Shown: piece after piece, positions 55,039-63,614 of the stretch
How positions within the stretch are numbered: the first letter of the stretch is position 1
How the letters are laid out: each line of letters starts with the position of its first letter
NCBI GenBank assembly: GCA_036570125.1
Contig: DATCPK010000027.1
Location: 22,166-86,165, forward strand
DNA length: 64,000 nucleotides
Origin: Candidatus Limnocylindria bacterium
GTDB lineage: Bacteria > Chloroflexota > Limnocylindria > P2-11E
Direction of reading: 5' to 3'
Position numbers and translations under genes: made by a program
The notes under the pieces: generated by a model
Database searches by the model: none
Told to the model about the DNA's origin: nothing
The model's input: only the letters and a program-made list of their open reading frames with translations

Positions 55039-55665
55039 CTAGCGTGCGATCCGAGATTCGACGAAGTCGGTGATGCGGCGGCGCTGCACGTCGCTGCCGT
55101 CGACCGCGCGATCGAGGTGGTCCGAGATCACCTTCACCTGTGCCGCGTCTTTGACCGATGCGAGGTTGATCATCACGTTGAGCGCCGCCCCGCGGAGCGC
55201 CGTCTCGGCCATGAGGGCGCCGACGCCGATGTCGCTCGCCGTCATCGGGCTCGAGCTCGCGAGGCCGCGCTCGCACGCGTCGAGAAGCCGCCGCGCCGTC
55301 TCCGCGACCTCGAGCGGGACGCGCGATGCCGCGAGCAGCGCGGCCTGCATGCGCTCCTGGCGCTCCTTTTTCTCGTCGTCGGTCTTGCGCGGGAGCTTCA
55401 TCGCATCGGCGACGCGCTGGTACGCGGCGCTGTCGTCGTCGACGAGACGGAGAAAGTCCGAGCGAAGGTTGTCGGTCTCCTCGACGTAGCTGCGGAGCTC
55501 TTCCGACTTCTCTTTCTTCAGCGTGATGCGAGCAACCATCGCCGCGAGCGCCGCGCCCATCGCGCCCGCGTATGCCGCCGCGCTCCCTCCGCCGGGAACA
55601 GCAGCATCCGACGAGAGATCGTCGCTGAAAATGCGCAGCGTCCGTTCAATGAGACGATCAGACAT
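55039..55665 (-). CDS. Cyclodeaminase/cyclohydrolase-family protein (FTCD C-terminal domain-like, FchA-like)
   Basis: ...DLSSDAAVPGGGSAAAYAGAMGAALAAMVARIT...AAYQRV...NLASVKD; all-helical FTCD_C pattern. Confidence 0.85.
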   Translation of the reverse strand: MSDRLIERTLRIFSDDLSSDAAVPGGGSAAAYAGAMGAALAAMVARITLKKEKSEELRSYVEETDNLRSDFLRLVDDDSAAYQRVADAMKLPRKTDDEKKERQERMQAALLAASRVPLEVAETARRLLDACERGLASSSPMTASDIGVGALMAETALRGAALNVMINLASVKDAAQVKVISDHLDRAVDGSDVQRRRITDFVESRIAR

Positions 55666-55721
55666 GGGAATGGGGGCGAAGTGTACGTGCTAGCATCGAT
55701 CGAAACTTCATACGCGATCCC

Positions 55722-55830
55722 TTTCATCTAGAGAGGCTGAGGGAACGGCCCGATGACGCCTCGGCAACCGGCGGAGACCCGCTGAGGTGCCAATTCCGTC
55801 CCGGTGGGTAAGCCCAGGGAAAGATGTGAG
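55722..55830 (+). promoter_or_regulatory. SAM-I (S-box) riboswitch aptamer
   Basis: TTCATCTAGAGAGGCTGAGGGAACGGCCCGATGACGCCTCGGCAACCGGC...GAGGTGCCAATTCCGTCC...GGGAAAGATGTGA matches the S-box core (AGAGGGA..GGCCCGATGA..GGCAACC..GGTGCCAATTCC..GAAAGATG). P1 pairs CATCT with AGATG. Confidence 0.88.
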
Positions 55831-55847
55831 GGTCGACCGAACTGGGA

Positions 55848-55884
55848 GGCCTCTCGTCATAGATAGAAGGAGAGGTCTTTTTCT
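55848..55884 (+). terminator. Riboswitch expression platform: terminator-like hairpin that also buries the metF RBS
   Basis: GGCCTCTC (55848-55855) pairs with GAGAGGTC (55870-55877) at 7/8 positions, followed by TTTTTCTTT. The AAGGAGAG RBS lies in the 3' arm, and the TTG start is at 55885. Confidence 0.5.
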
Positions 55885-56802
55885 TTGAGCGCACTCGCGA
55901 GCCTTCTGAGGTCGGGCGAATTCCTGGTCACGGCGGAGCTCAATCCGCCGAAGAACGCGTCGGCCGGGGTCGTGCGCCGCCGAGCAGAGGCGCTCAAAGG
56001 CGTCGTCGATGCGGTGAACGTCACCGACAGCAACCGCGCGGTGGTCACCATGGCCGCGATACCCGCGGCGACGATCGTCCGAAGCGCGGGGATCGAGCCG
56101 ATCGTCCAGATGACCGGGCGCGATCGCAACCGCATCGCCCTGCAGGCCGACCTTCTCGGAGCGGCCGCGATCGGCATCGAGAACTTCGTGTTCATGAGCG
56201 GTGATGACCCAAAGCTCGGAAACCACCCCGACGCTGTGAACGTGAAGGACCTCGACGGCGTGGGATTGTTGAAGATGGCCGTCGGTATGCGCGATGAGGC
56301 GCGTTTCCTATCCGGCGACGAGATCAAGCCCCCGCCGCCGAAGCTGGTGATCGGCGCGACGGCGTCACCGTTCACGCGCCCGATGGAGACGGACCTCAAG
56401 AAGACGGCGGACAAGATCGCCGCAGGCGCCGAATTCTTCCAGACGCAGCCGGTCTTCGACCTCGCGACGTTCAGCCGGTGGCTCGTCGAGGTTCGCCGTG
56501 GCGCGTCCCGCGACGTGCCGATCATCGCTGGAGTCCTGATCCTTCGTTCGGCCGATCAGGCGGAGCGGCTCTCGAAGGTGCCGGGCCTCGCCTTCGGCAC
56601 TGAAGCCATCGGCCGCATAAAGAAGGCGGCCGACCCGGAAGCCGAAGGGATCGCGATGGCGGTCGAGATGGTCAAGGAGCTGAAGGCTCTTCCAGGCGTA
56701 CGTGGCGTGCATCTGTATGCGATCGAATGGCCGGAGGCGGTCGGGCGCGTCGTCGACGCGGCAGGACTGCTTCCCCGGCCGGAAGCGAAGGTGTTGGCAT
56801 GA
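55885..56802 (+). CDS. metF: Methylenetetrahydrofolate reductase
   Basis: FLVTAELNPPK...VDAVNVTDSNRAVVTMAAIP...IVQMTGRDRNRIALQADLLGAAAIGIENFVFMSGDDP...AGAEFFQTQPVFD. Confidence 0.9.
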   Translation: MSALASLLRSGEFLVTAELNPPKNASAGVVRRRAEALKGVVDAVNVTDSNRAVVTMAAIPAATIVRSAGIEPIVQMTGRDRNRIALQADLLGAAAIGIENFVFMSGDDPKLGNHPDAVNVKDLDGVGLLKMAVGMRDEARFLSGDEIKPPPPKLVIGATASPFTRPMETDLKKTADKIAAGAEFFQTQPVFDLATFSRWLVEVRRGASRDVPIIAGVLILRSADQAERLSKVPGLAFGTEAIGRIKKAADPEAEGIAMAVEMVKELKALPGVRGVHLYAIEWPEAVGRVVDAAGLLPRPEAKVLA

Positions 56803-57785
56803 CGATCAAGACGACGGTCATCGGCGCGTATCCGAAGATCGGCGATGGACTGGAGGCGCAGGAGCTGCGGCGCGCCCTCCATCGCCACGACCGCGGGGAG
56901 ATGCCCGACGCGGAGCTGGCCAAGGTGTTCGACGACGTGACGCGGGCGGCGATCGGCGAGATCGAAGCCGCCGGCATCGATGTCACGAACGACGGCCAGA
57001 TCCGGTGGGACGATCTGCTCTCGCCGTTCGCGCGAACGTGGTCGGGCGTCGAGCCGGGCCCGCTCGAGCGCTTCTACGACAACAACACGTATTTCCGCCA
57101 GCCCGTGATCGACGGCCGCATCGTGACCGACGGACGCTCTCTCGTTCGCGACTACACGTTCGCCGCCGGGATCGCGAAGGCGCAGCTCAAGGCGGCGATC
57201 CCCGGCCCGCTCACCTTCGCGACGCTTGCGGCCCGCGATGAGCAATACGGCTCGCTCGAGGAACGGGTCCTCGCCATCGCGGACGCCACCGCGCGGGAGA
57301 TCGCGGGCCTGAAGGCGGCCGGCGCCACGATGATCGACATCGAGGACCCGGCGATCGTCGCGTCGCCCAAGAACATCGATCTCGCGCGCGAGGCGTATCG
57401 GCGCTTCGCCGACCCCGACCTGGCGCTGACCCTCGTGACCTATTTCTTCCCGGCCGACTCGGTGCTGGAGTCGCTCGCATCGTTCCCGGTCGCAGCGATC
57501 GGCATCGACGTGCGCAGCCGCGACACCACGGCGTTCGACCGGCTCGACGTCTTCCGGACGCAGTTCGTGCTGCTCGGCGTCGTCGACGCGCGGAATACGC
57601 GGCTCGAGACGGCCGACGAGGTCGCGCGATACGCGGAGCGCGCGCTCAAGCTCGTGCCGCAGGAGCGGCTCGTCCTTGCGACGACGACATCCCTCGAATA
57701 TCTGCCGCGCGACGTCGCTCGCGCGAAGCTCACGGCCCTGGTCGAAGGCGCGCGACTCGTCACTGGAGAGAAGGTGCCCGCATGA
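56799..57785 (+). CDS. Stand-alone MetE N-terminal-domain-like protein (Meth_synt_1-like (beta/alpha)8 barrel)
   Basis: MTIKTTVIGAYPKIG...IDVTNDGQIRWDD...RFYDNNTYFRQPVI...IPGPLTF... It lacks the His/Cys zinc ligands of the catalytic half. ATGA overlap with metF. Confidence 0.7.
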   Translation: MTIKTTVIGAYPKIGDGLEAQELRRALHRHDRGEMPDAELAKVFDDVTRAAIGEIEAAGIDVTNDGQIRWDDLLSPFARTWSGVEPGPLERFYDNNTYFRQPVIDGRIVTDGRSLVRDYTFAAGIAKAQLKAAIPGPLTFATLAARDEQYGSLEERVLAIADATAREIAGLKAAGATMIDIEDPAIVASPKNIDLAREAYRRFADPDLALTLVTYFFPADSVLESLASFPVAAIGIDVRSRDTTAFDRLDVFRTQFVLLGVVDARNTRLETADEVARYAERALKLVPQERLVLATTTSLEYLPRDVARAKLTALVEGARLVTGEKVPA

Positions 57786-58765
57786 CTGACAACCTGCTGC
57801 TGACAACGACGGTGGGTTCCTTCGGGAAGCCCGACTACCTCACGAAGGCGCGAGGCCAAGCCGCACGGGGCAAGCTCGGCGCGACGGAGCTCGGAGAGCT
57901 CGAGCGCAAGGCGACCGCCGAGTGGATCCGCCGGCAGGAGGACATCGGCCTCGACGTCCTCGTGGACGGCGAGATGTATCGCGGCGACATGGTCGCGTAC
58001 TTCGCGGAACGGCTCGAGGGATTCAAGATCGGTGGGCTCGTGCGCTCGTACGGGAACCGCTACTACCACAAGCCGGTGATCGCGGGAAAGGTTTCGCGGC
58101 CAACGCCGATGACGGTCAGCTGGTTCGAGTACGCGCAGTCGCTCACGCAAAAGCCGGTGAAGGGAATGCTCACCGGTCCCTACACGCTGCTCGACTGGTC
58201 CTACAACGAGGCGTACCCGACGCGGCGCGACGCGGTGCTCGCGCTCGCCGAGATCGTGCGCGACGAGGCGCGCGACCTCGAGCGTGCGGGCGCGAAGTAC
58301 ATCCAGATCGACGAGCCCGCGATCCACGCTCGACCCGAGGAGATCGACATCGCCATCGAGGCGATGGGCATCGTGACCTCGGGCCTAACCGCGAAGACGA
58401 TCTCGCACATCTGCTACGGCGACTTCGCCGCGATCTACCCGCAGGTGCTTGACCTGCCCGTCGACCAGCTCGACCTCGCGATGGCGAACTACGGCTACCG
58501 CTGGCTCGACCTGTTCGACCGCAACCCATTCACGAAGGAGCTCGCGATCGGCATCGTCGACGTGCACGTCCACGAGACGGAGTCGGTGGAAGTTGCGGCG
58601 GAAGGCATACGGAAGGGTCTGCGCTACGTGCCTGCGGACAAGCTGTGGCCGCACCCCGACTGCGGGCTGAAGACGCGCACCATCGAGGAGTCCGTGGAGA
58701 AGTGCACCGCGGTCGTCGAGGCGACGAAGGTCGTGCGCAGGGAGCTCGCGAAAGTCCCGGCCTAG
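57782..58765 (+). CDS. Cobalamin-independent methionine synthase catalytic-domain protein (short/core MetE, Meth_synt_2)
   Basis: TTTVGSFGKPDYL...VLVDGEMYRGDMVAYF...GMLTGPYTLL...YIQIDEPA...ISHICYGDF...VDVH...HPDCGLKTR (His-x-Cys, Glu and Cys zinc ligands). Confidence 0.85.
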   Translation: MTDNLLLTTTVGSFGKPDYLTKARGQAARGKLGATELGELERKATAEWIRRQEDIGLDVLVDGEMYRGDMVAYFAERLEGFKIGGLVRSYGNRYYHKPVIAGKVSRPTPMTVSWFEYAQSLTQKPVKGMLTGPYTLLDWSYNEAYPTRRDAVLALAEIVRDEARDLERAGAKYIQIDEPAIHARPEEIDIAIEAMGIVTSGLTAKTISHICYGDFAAIYPQVLDLPVDQLDLAMANYGYRWLDLFDRNPFTKELAIGIVDVHVHETESVEVAAEGIRKGLRYVPADKLWPHPDCGLKTRTIEESVEKCTAVVEATKVVRRELAKVPA

Positions 58766-58767
58766 CG

Positions 58768-59100
58768 CTACTTGCGCTTGCTCTTTTTCTTCTTGCCCTT
58801 TTTCTCGGCCCGGACCTTGCGCGAGCGAGGCGAGAGAGGAGTCTCCGCGATCGCGACCGCTGGGGAGAGCGGCACGATGACGGGTTCGATGCGACGCGCG
58901 ACCGTGGTTCGCTGGATGAAGTAGACGGTCCCGGTCGGGGCCGTCATGTTCAGGTGCCGGACCTCGAGCTCCGCCTCCGCGAAGTGGTGAACGACCCTGC
59001 GGACGCTCACGTTCTCGGGCCGCGGAGTGAAGTTGCGGAATGAGTCGAGGCGAACGACGGCGTATGCGTCGTGCTGGTCGGGGGCCGGTGTCGTCGCCAC
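58768..59100 (-). CDS. Hypothetical protein with a Lys-rich C-terminal tail
   Basis: 110 aa ending SPRSRKVRAEKKGKKKKSKRK. It begins 9 nt after the helicase stop, with no clear RBS. No family recognised. Confidence 0.4.
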   Translation of the reverse strand: MATTPAPDQHDAYAVVRLDSFRNFTPRPENVSVRRVVHHFAEAELEVRHLNMTAPTGTVYFIQRTTVARRIEPVIVPLSPAVAIAETPLSPRSRKVRAEKKGKKKKSKRK

Positions 59101-59109
59101 GCCGAGAGG

Positions 59110-60252
59110 TTACTGGCGGTCGTAGAGCTCGAGGATCTCCCGTCGGAAGGGAACGCCCGCCTTGGCACGAAGTTGATCGAATTGATCGAAGTCCCACTCC
59201 CCCACAAAGGTGACGGCGACCCCGGTTTTGCCGGCGCGGCCGGTCCGGCCGACCCGGTGGGTAAAGACCTCGGCGTCCTCGGGAAGGTCGTAGTTGACCA
59301 CGTGGCTGATGTCTTCGATATGCAGGCCCCTGGCGGCGACGTTCGTCGCGATGAGGACGTGGAGCTCGCCCTCGCGGAATCGTTCGAGGGTGCGCTCGCG
59401 CTCTCGTTGGGTCATGTCGCCGTGGATCGCGGCCACGTTGTGCTTTTTCTTCTTCAGCTTGTCCTCGAGATCGTCGACGCCGCGCTTGGTGTGACGGAAC
59501 ACAAGCACCTGATCGGTCTCATAGCGACGGAGAAGCTCCTCGAGCGCGCGGACCTTGTCCTGCTCGAGCACCTCGACGTAGACCTGCTCGATGCTGTCGA
59601 CGTTCTGCTTCTCGGGCTCGATCGCGACCTCGGCCGCGTTGTGGCTGAACCGTTGCGCCAGGTCGCGCACGTCCGAGACGAGGGTGGCGCTGAAGAGCGC
59701 CGTCTGCCGGCGCTCCGGCGCGCGGCGGAGCAGGCGCCGCACCTCTGGCGCGAAGCCCATGTCGAGCAGGCGGTCGGCCTCGTCCAGCACGACGATGAAG
59801 AGGCCCGACAGGTCGAGGTTGCCCTTCTCGATGTGGTCGAGCAATCGCCCCGGCGTGCCGACGACGATCTGCGTGCCGCGCGCGAGCGCGCGCTCCTGCG
59901 GGCCGTACGGAACGCCGCCGTAAATGGCAACCTCGTGGGACTTGCGGTACTTCCCGATCGCGCCGAACTCGCGCGTCACCTGGAGGGCGAGCTCTCGAGT
60001 GGGTACGACGATGAGCGCCTGCGGCCGTTTGACGGTCGCGTCGACCTTTTCGAGGATCGGGATGGCGAACGCTGCGGTCTTTCCGGTCCCCGTCTGCGCC
60101 TGAGCGAAGAGGTCACGGCCGGCCTGAAGGATCGGTATCGCGCGCGTCTGAACGGGCGTTGGCGCCATGAAGCCAAGCTCATCGATCGCGCGGGAGATGT
60201 CGGGATGAATCGCGAGCTCGCCGAAGCGAGCGGTCGGTGGTGCGAGGGTCAA
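59110..60252 (-). CDS. DEAD-box ATP-dependent RNA helicase (core only)
   Basis: Q-motif FGELAIHP...PTPVQ, AQTGTGKTAAF, PTRELA, VLDEADRLLDMGF, SAT, VFRHTKRG, HRVGRTGRAG. 380 aa, ending right after RecA domain 2. Confidence 0.93.
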   Translation of the reverse strand: MTLAPPTARFGELAIHPDISRAIDELGFMAPTPVQTRAIPILQAGRDLFAQAQTGTGKTAAFAIPILEKVDATVKRPQALIVVPTRELALQVTREFGAIGKYRKSHEVAIYGGVPYGPQERALARGTQIVVGTPGRLLDHIEKGNLDLSGLFIVVLDEADRLLDMGFAPEVRRLLRRAPERRQTALFSATLVSDVRDLAQRFSHNAAEVAIEPEKQNVDSIEQVYVEVLEQDKVRALEELLRRYETDQVLVFRHTKRGVDDLEDKLKKKKHNVAAIHGDMTQRERERTLERFREGELHVLIATNVAARGLHIEDISHVVNYDLPEDAEVFTHRVGRTGRAGKTGVAVTFVGEWDFDQFDQLRAKAGVPFRREILELYDRQ

Positions 60253-60277
60253 TGTCTCTCCGGTTTTGATTTACATG

Positions 60278-60811
60278 CTAACCGGTGAAACGCTCGCGGT
60301 GAACGAGCTCTTCCAGCGGAAGGCGATTCAGTTTGGCGACGATCCGTTCAGGGTCGACTTTCGGGCGTGGCCGAGGTTGGCCGGGCGCGGGGTATCCGAG
60401 AGTGACGATGGTGGCGATCGCAGCCTCCGACGGAGCGCCGAGGTCCTGGCGCACCCGGTCGTGTTCGTCGGGGCGGACCGAGTTCGGGCAGCTGCCAACG
60501 CCGAAAGCCCACGCCGCGACCATCATGTTCTGGGCGACGCGTCCCGCATCGAACCGCAGGCGATCGTTCAGAAGCACGACCGCGATCGCGACGTTGCAGC
60601 GATCGAGATTCCGCGGCGCCATCATCGAGTTCGCGAGGTCGTGCCGATGCTGTCTGTCCTTGAGTACGACGAAGCGCCACGGCTGCGTGTTCTTGCTGCT
60701 TCCCGTCGCGCGCCCCGCCTGGAGGATCTTCGCGAGCACGTCCTCCGGCACCGGCCGATCCGTGTACTCGCGCACTTCGCGTTTCGCAACGACAGCCAGG
60801 TAAGCGTCCAT
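60278..60811 (-). CDS. Nitroreductase-family protein
   Basis: KREVREYTDRPVPEDVLAKILQAGRATGSSKNTQPWRFVVL...NMMVAAWAFGVGSC. Confidence 0.85.
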   Translation of the reverse strand: MDAYLAVVAKREVREYTDRPVPEDVLAKILQAGRATGSSKNTQPWRFVVLKDRQHRHDLANSMMAPRNLDRCNVAIAVVLLNDRLRFDAGRVAQNMMVAAWAFGVGSCPNSVRPDEHDRVRQDLGAPSEAAIATIVTLGYPAPGQPRPRPKVDPERIVAKLNRLPLEELVHRERFTG

Positions 60812-60894
60812 CGCGCTGAAGTATCGCCGTCCTGATCCGCGAGCACTCGCGGAGCGTACTTTGAACGTCCAGCAGAAAACGGGGAGGTGTCGCT

Positions 60895-61410
60895 TTGCGT
60901 CTCAAGATGCTCGTCCTCGCGATCCTCGCTCTCGCGGTCCTTTCGGTTGCCGTCGCGGGCATCGTCGCCGCCAATGACAAGAGCCGCTTCAAGACCGCAC
61001 TCACCGGCTACGAAGAAACGCCGGCGGTCTCGAGCGCGGGGAGCGGCGAGTTCACCGCGACCGTCGACGACGAGAACCAGACCATCCACTTCACGCTCTC
61101 GTTCGCGAACCTGAACAGCAACGTGCTGTTCGCCCACGTTCACTTCGGCCAGCGTGGCGTTGCCGGCGGTGTGGCCGCATTCCTTTGTGGCGGCGGCAGC
61201 AAGCCGGCGTGTGTGCCGGGAACGACGATGACCGGCACCATCACGCCGGCCGACGTCATCGGACCCACCGCTCAGGGGATCGCGCCGGGCGAATGGAACG
61301 AGCTCGTCGCAGCGATCCGCGCGGGGGTCGCGTATGCGAACGTTCACTCGACGACGCAGCCGGCTGGTGAGATCCGAGGGCAGATCAACGACAACGACCA
61401 GCGGAACTAG
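60895..61410 (+). CDS. Secreted CHRD-domain protein
   Basis: Signal peptide MRLKMLVLAILALAVLSVAVAG. ...LTGYEETPAVSSAGSGEF...AHVHFGQRGVAGGV...AYANVHSTTQPAGEIRGQI. Confidence 0.85.
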   Translation: MRLKMLVLAILALAVLSVAVAGIVAANDKSRFKTALTGYEETPAVSSAGSGEFTATVDDENQTIHFTLSFANLNSNVLFAHVHFGQRGVAGGVAAFLCGGGSKPACVPGTTMTGTITPADVIGPTAQGIAPGEWNELVAAIRAGVAYANVHSTTQPAGEIRGQINDNDQRN

Positions 61411-61420
61411 CTAGGTCGGT

Positions 61421-61452
61421 GAGGGGGCGGCCCCGGCCGCCCCCTCCGCTTT
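61421..61452 (+). terminator. GC-rich hairpin (11-bp perfect stem, 4-nt loop) with a short T-run after the CHRD gene
   Basis: GAGGGGGCGGC-CCCG-GCCGCCCCCTC, followed by CGCTTTATG. The ATG of the next gene starts at 61453. Confidence 0.45.
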
Positions 61453-62610
61453 ATGCTCCGAAACGTGCCCGGTTCCGTTCGCATCGCCCGCCTCTTCGGC
61501 ATCGACATCAACATCCACTTTTCGTGGATCCTCATCTTCTTTCTCGTCGTCCTGAATCTCGCTGACTCGTTCCCTCAGCAATTCCCGCAGTGGTCGGACC
61601 AGAAGGGCCTCGTCGTCGCGTCGATCACCGCCTTCCTGTTCTTCGGATCGGTCCTCGGCCACGAGCTCGCGCACTCGCTCGTCGCGCGAAGATTTCAGAT
61701 GTCCGTTTCATCGATCACGCTCTTCCTTCTGGGTGGCGTCGCGAACCTCAGGAAGGAGCCGCCCTCGGCGAAGGCCGAGTTCTTCATGGCCATCGCTGGC
61801 CCCGCGACGAGCGTGCTCATCGGTGTGGCCGCCCTCGGTGTCGCCTTCCTCATCGACCCGCGTGCTGCCGCTTTGTCGAACGCCGAAGCGATCCAGGCTG
61901 TGGCCGCGTACCTCGGGACCGTCAACCTCTACCTCGCGGCCTTCAACATGATCCCGGGCTTCCCGCTGGACGGCGGTCGTGTCTTGCGATCGGCGATTTG
62001 GGCGATCACCGGTGATCGCACCAAGGCCACGACCATCGCCGCGCGAGGTGGGCAGGTCGTCGCCGTCGCCTTCGGTGCGTTCGTCGTCTACGAGGTCTTC
62101 GTTCTGCACGAGGTCAGCGGGCTCTGGCTTGGCCTCATCGCCTACTTCCTCTGGAACGCCGCGAGCTCGTCGCTCCAGCAGGAGCGGATCACGTCCGTCG
62201 TGGGTGGCGCGAAGGTCGGACCGCTCATGACGACGGACTTCAAATCGACCCCGCCCGGCGTGATGGTCGGCCAGGTCATCCGCGACTTCGTCCTTCCGAT
62301 GAACCTGCGCGCGATTCCCGTGGTCGCCGGCGACCGGTTCATCGGTCTCGTCACCATCGGCGATCTGCGCAAGGTGGACCAGGCTCGGTGGCCGGAGACA
62401 CCGGTCGAGGAGGTCATGACGCCTGCCGCGGAGCTTCCGACGGTCTCACAGGACGATCCGCTCGGCACCGCCCTCGAGCGCTTCGGCGCGACGGAGCTTC
62501 CGCTGCTGCCGGTCGTGAAGGACGGGCGGCTCGTCGGGATCCTCTACCGCGAGTCGGTCATCGGTTTCGTTCGGATGCGAGAAATGCTCGGCGTCGAGGG
62601 CCGCCGCTGA
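61453..62610 (+). CDS. Site-2 protease family (M50) zinc metalloprotease with tandem CBS domains
   Basis: HELAHSLVAR (HExxH), NMIPGFPLDGGRVL, and a C-terminal CBS pair (AIPVVAGDRFIGLVTIGDL; LPLLPVVKDGRLVGILY). Confidence 0.9.
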   Translation: MLRNVPGSVRIARLFGIDINIHFSWILIFFLVVLNLADSFPQQFPQWSDQKGLVVASITAFLFFGSVLGHELAHSLVARRFQMSVSSITLFLLGGVANLRKEPPSAKAEFFMAIAGPATSVLIGVAALGVAFLIDPRAAALSNAEAIQAVAAYLGTVNLYLAAFNMIPGFPLDGGRVLRSAIWAITGDRTKATTIAARGGQVVAVAFGAFVVYEVFVLHEVSGLWLGLIAYFLWNAASSSLQQERITSVVGGAKVGPLMTTDFKSTPPGVMVGQVIRDFVLPMNLRAIPVVAGDRFIGLVTIGDLRKVDQARWPETPVEEVMTPAAELPTVSQDDPLGTALERFGATELPLLPVVKDGRLVGILYRESVIGFVRMREMLGVEGRR

Positions 62611-62639
62611 AGCGCGCATCGGGACCGGTCGGCGTCGGT

Positions 62640-63614
62640 GTGATCGGCGTCGGCCTCATGGGTCGCCGTCACGCCGAGAACCTGGCGAAACACGTGAGCG
62701 ATGCGCGGGTTCTCGCGGTCAGCGACGCCGACGAATCGGCGCGCGAACGCGTCGCGAAGGATCTGGGCGCGAGCAGCACCGCGTCGGTGGAGGCGCTGCT
62801 CGATCTGCCCTCTGTGCGGGCCGTGGTGATCGCTTCGCCGGCTCGCTTCCACGAGGCGCACGCGATCGCCGCGGCGCACGCGGGCAAGGACGTCTTCGTC
62901 GAAAAACCCATCGCGAAGACGCTCGAGGGCGCGGACCGCGTCATCGCCGCGGCGCGCGAAGCGGGCGTGCGGCTCCAGGTCGGTTTTCAGCGCCGCTATG
63001 ACGCTCCGTACGCCGAAGCGCGGAAACTCGTGTCGAGCGGCGCCCTCGGCCGGCCGCTCTACTACCGCGGCATCAATCGCGATCGGGAGATGCCGTTCGG
63101 TGCGCCGGGCTCTTACGGGAGAGGCGACGTCCTGACCGAGTCCGCGATCCACGATCTCGACGGCGCGCGCTGGATGCTGTCGGACGAGGTCAGCTCCGTG
63201 TGGGCCGACCTCGCGACCATCGGCGATCCCGCGACCGCGCCGAGCCCGAACGTCGCCATGGTCGTCCTGCACTTCGGCGGCGGCGCCGTCGCTCACGTCG
63301 AGACCCTCCGCGGTGCGCGCTACGCCTACGACATACGCAGCGAGGTTCTCTGCGAGGACGGAGCGGTGATGATCGGCGGATTCGCGCAGACCATGCTCAC
63401 CGTGCTGCGCGGAAACGAGCGCCGCGAGGACCTCCATCCGGGTTTCCTCGAGCGGTACGCCGATGCGTACGTGGCCGAGCTGCGCGATTTCGTCGGAGGT
63501 GTCGTCGACCGGCGTCCCGCTGCCGTCACCGGCGAGGATGGCCGGCGCGCGCTCGCGATCGCGCTCGCTGCCGAACGCGCGGCCGCGACGATTCAAGCGG
63601 TGGCGCCAGACTGA
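62640..63614 (+). CDS. Gfo/Idh/MocA-family NAD(P)-dependent oxidoreductase
   Basis: (VGVG)VIGVGLMGRRHAENL...VFVEKPIAKTLEGADRVI...LQVGFQRRYD. The start is uncertain: GTG 62640 clips the Rossmann beta-1 strand, and CTG 62607 would include it. Confidence 0.8.
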   Translation: MIGVGLMGRRHAENLAKHVSDARVLAVSDADESARERVAKDLGASSTASVEALLDLPSVRAVVIASPARFHEAHAIAAAHAGKDVFVEKPIAKTLEGADRVIAAAREAGVRLQVGFQRRYDAPYAEARKLVSSGALGRPLYYRGINRDREMPFGAPGSYGRGDVLTESAIHDLDGARWMLSDEVSSVWADLATIGDPATAPSPNVAMVVLHFGGGAVAHVETLRGARYAYDIRSEVLCEDGAVMIGGFAQTMLTVLRGNERREDLHPGFLERYADAYVAELRDFVGGVVDRRPAAVTGEDGRRALAIALAAERAAATIQAVAPD

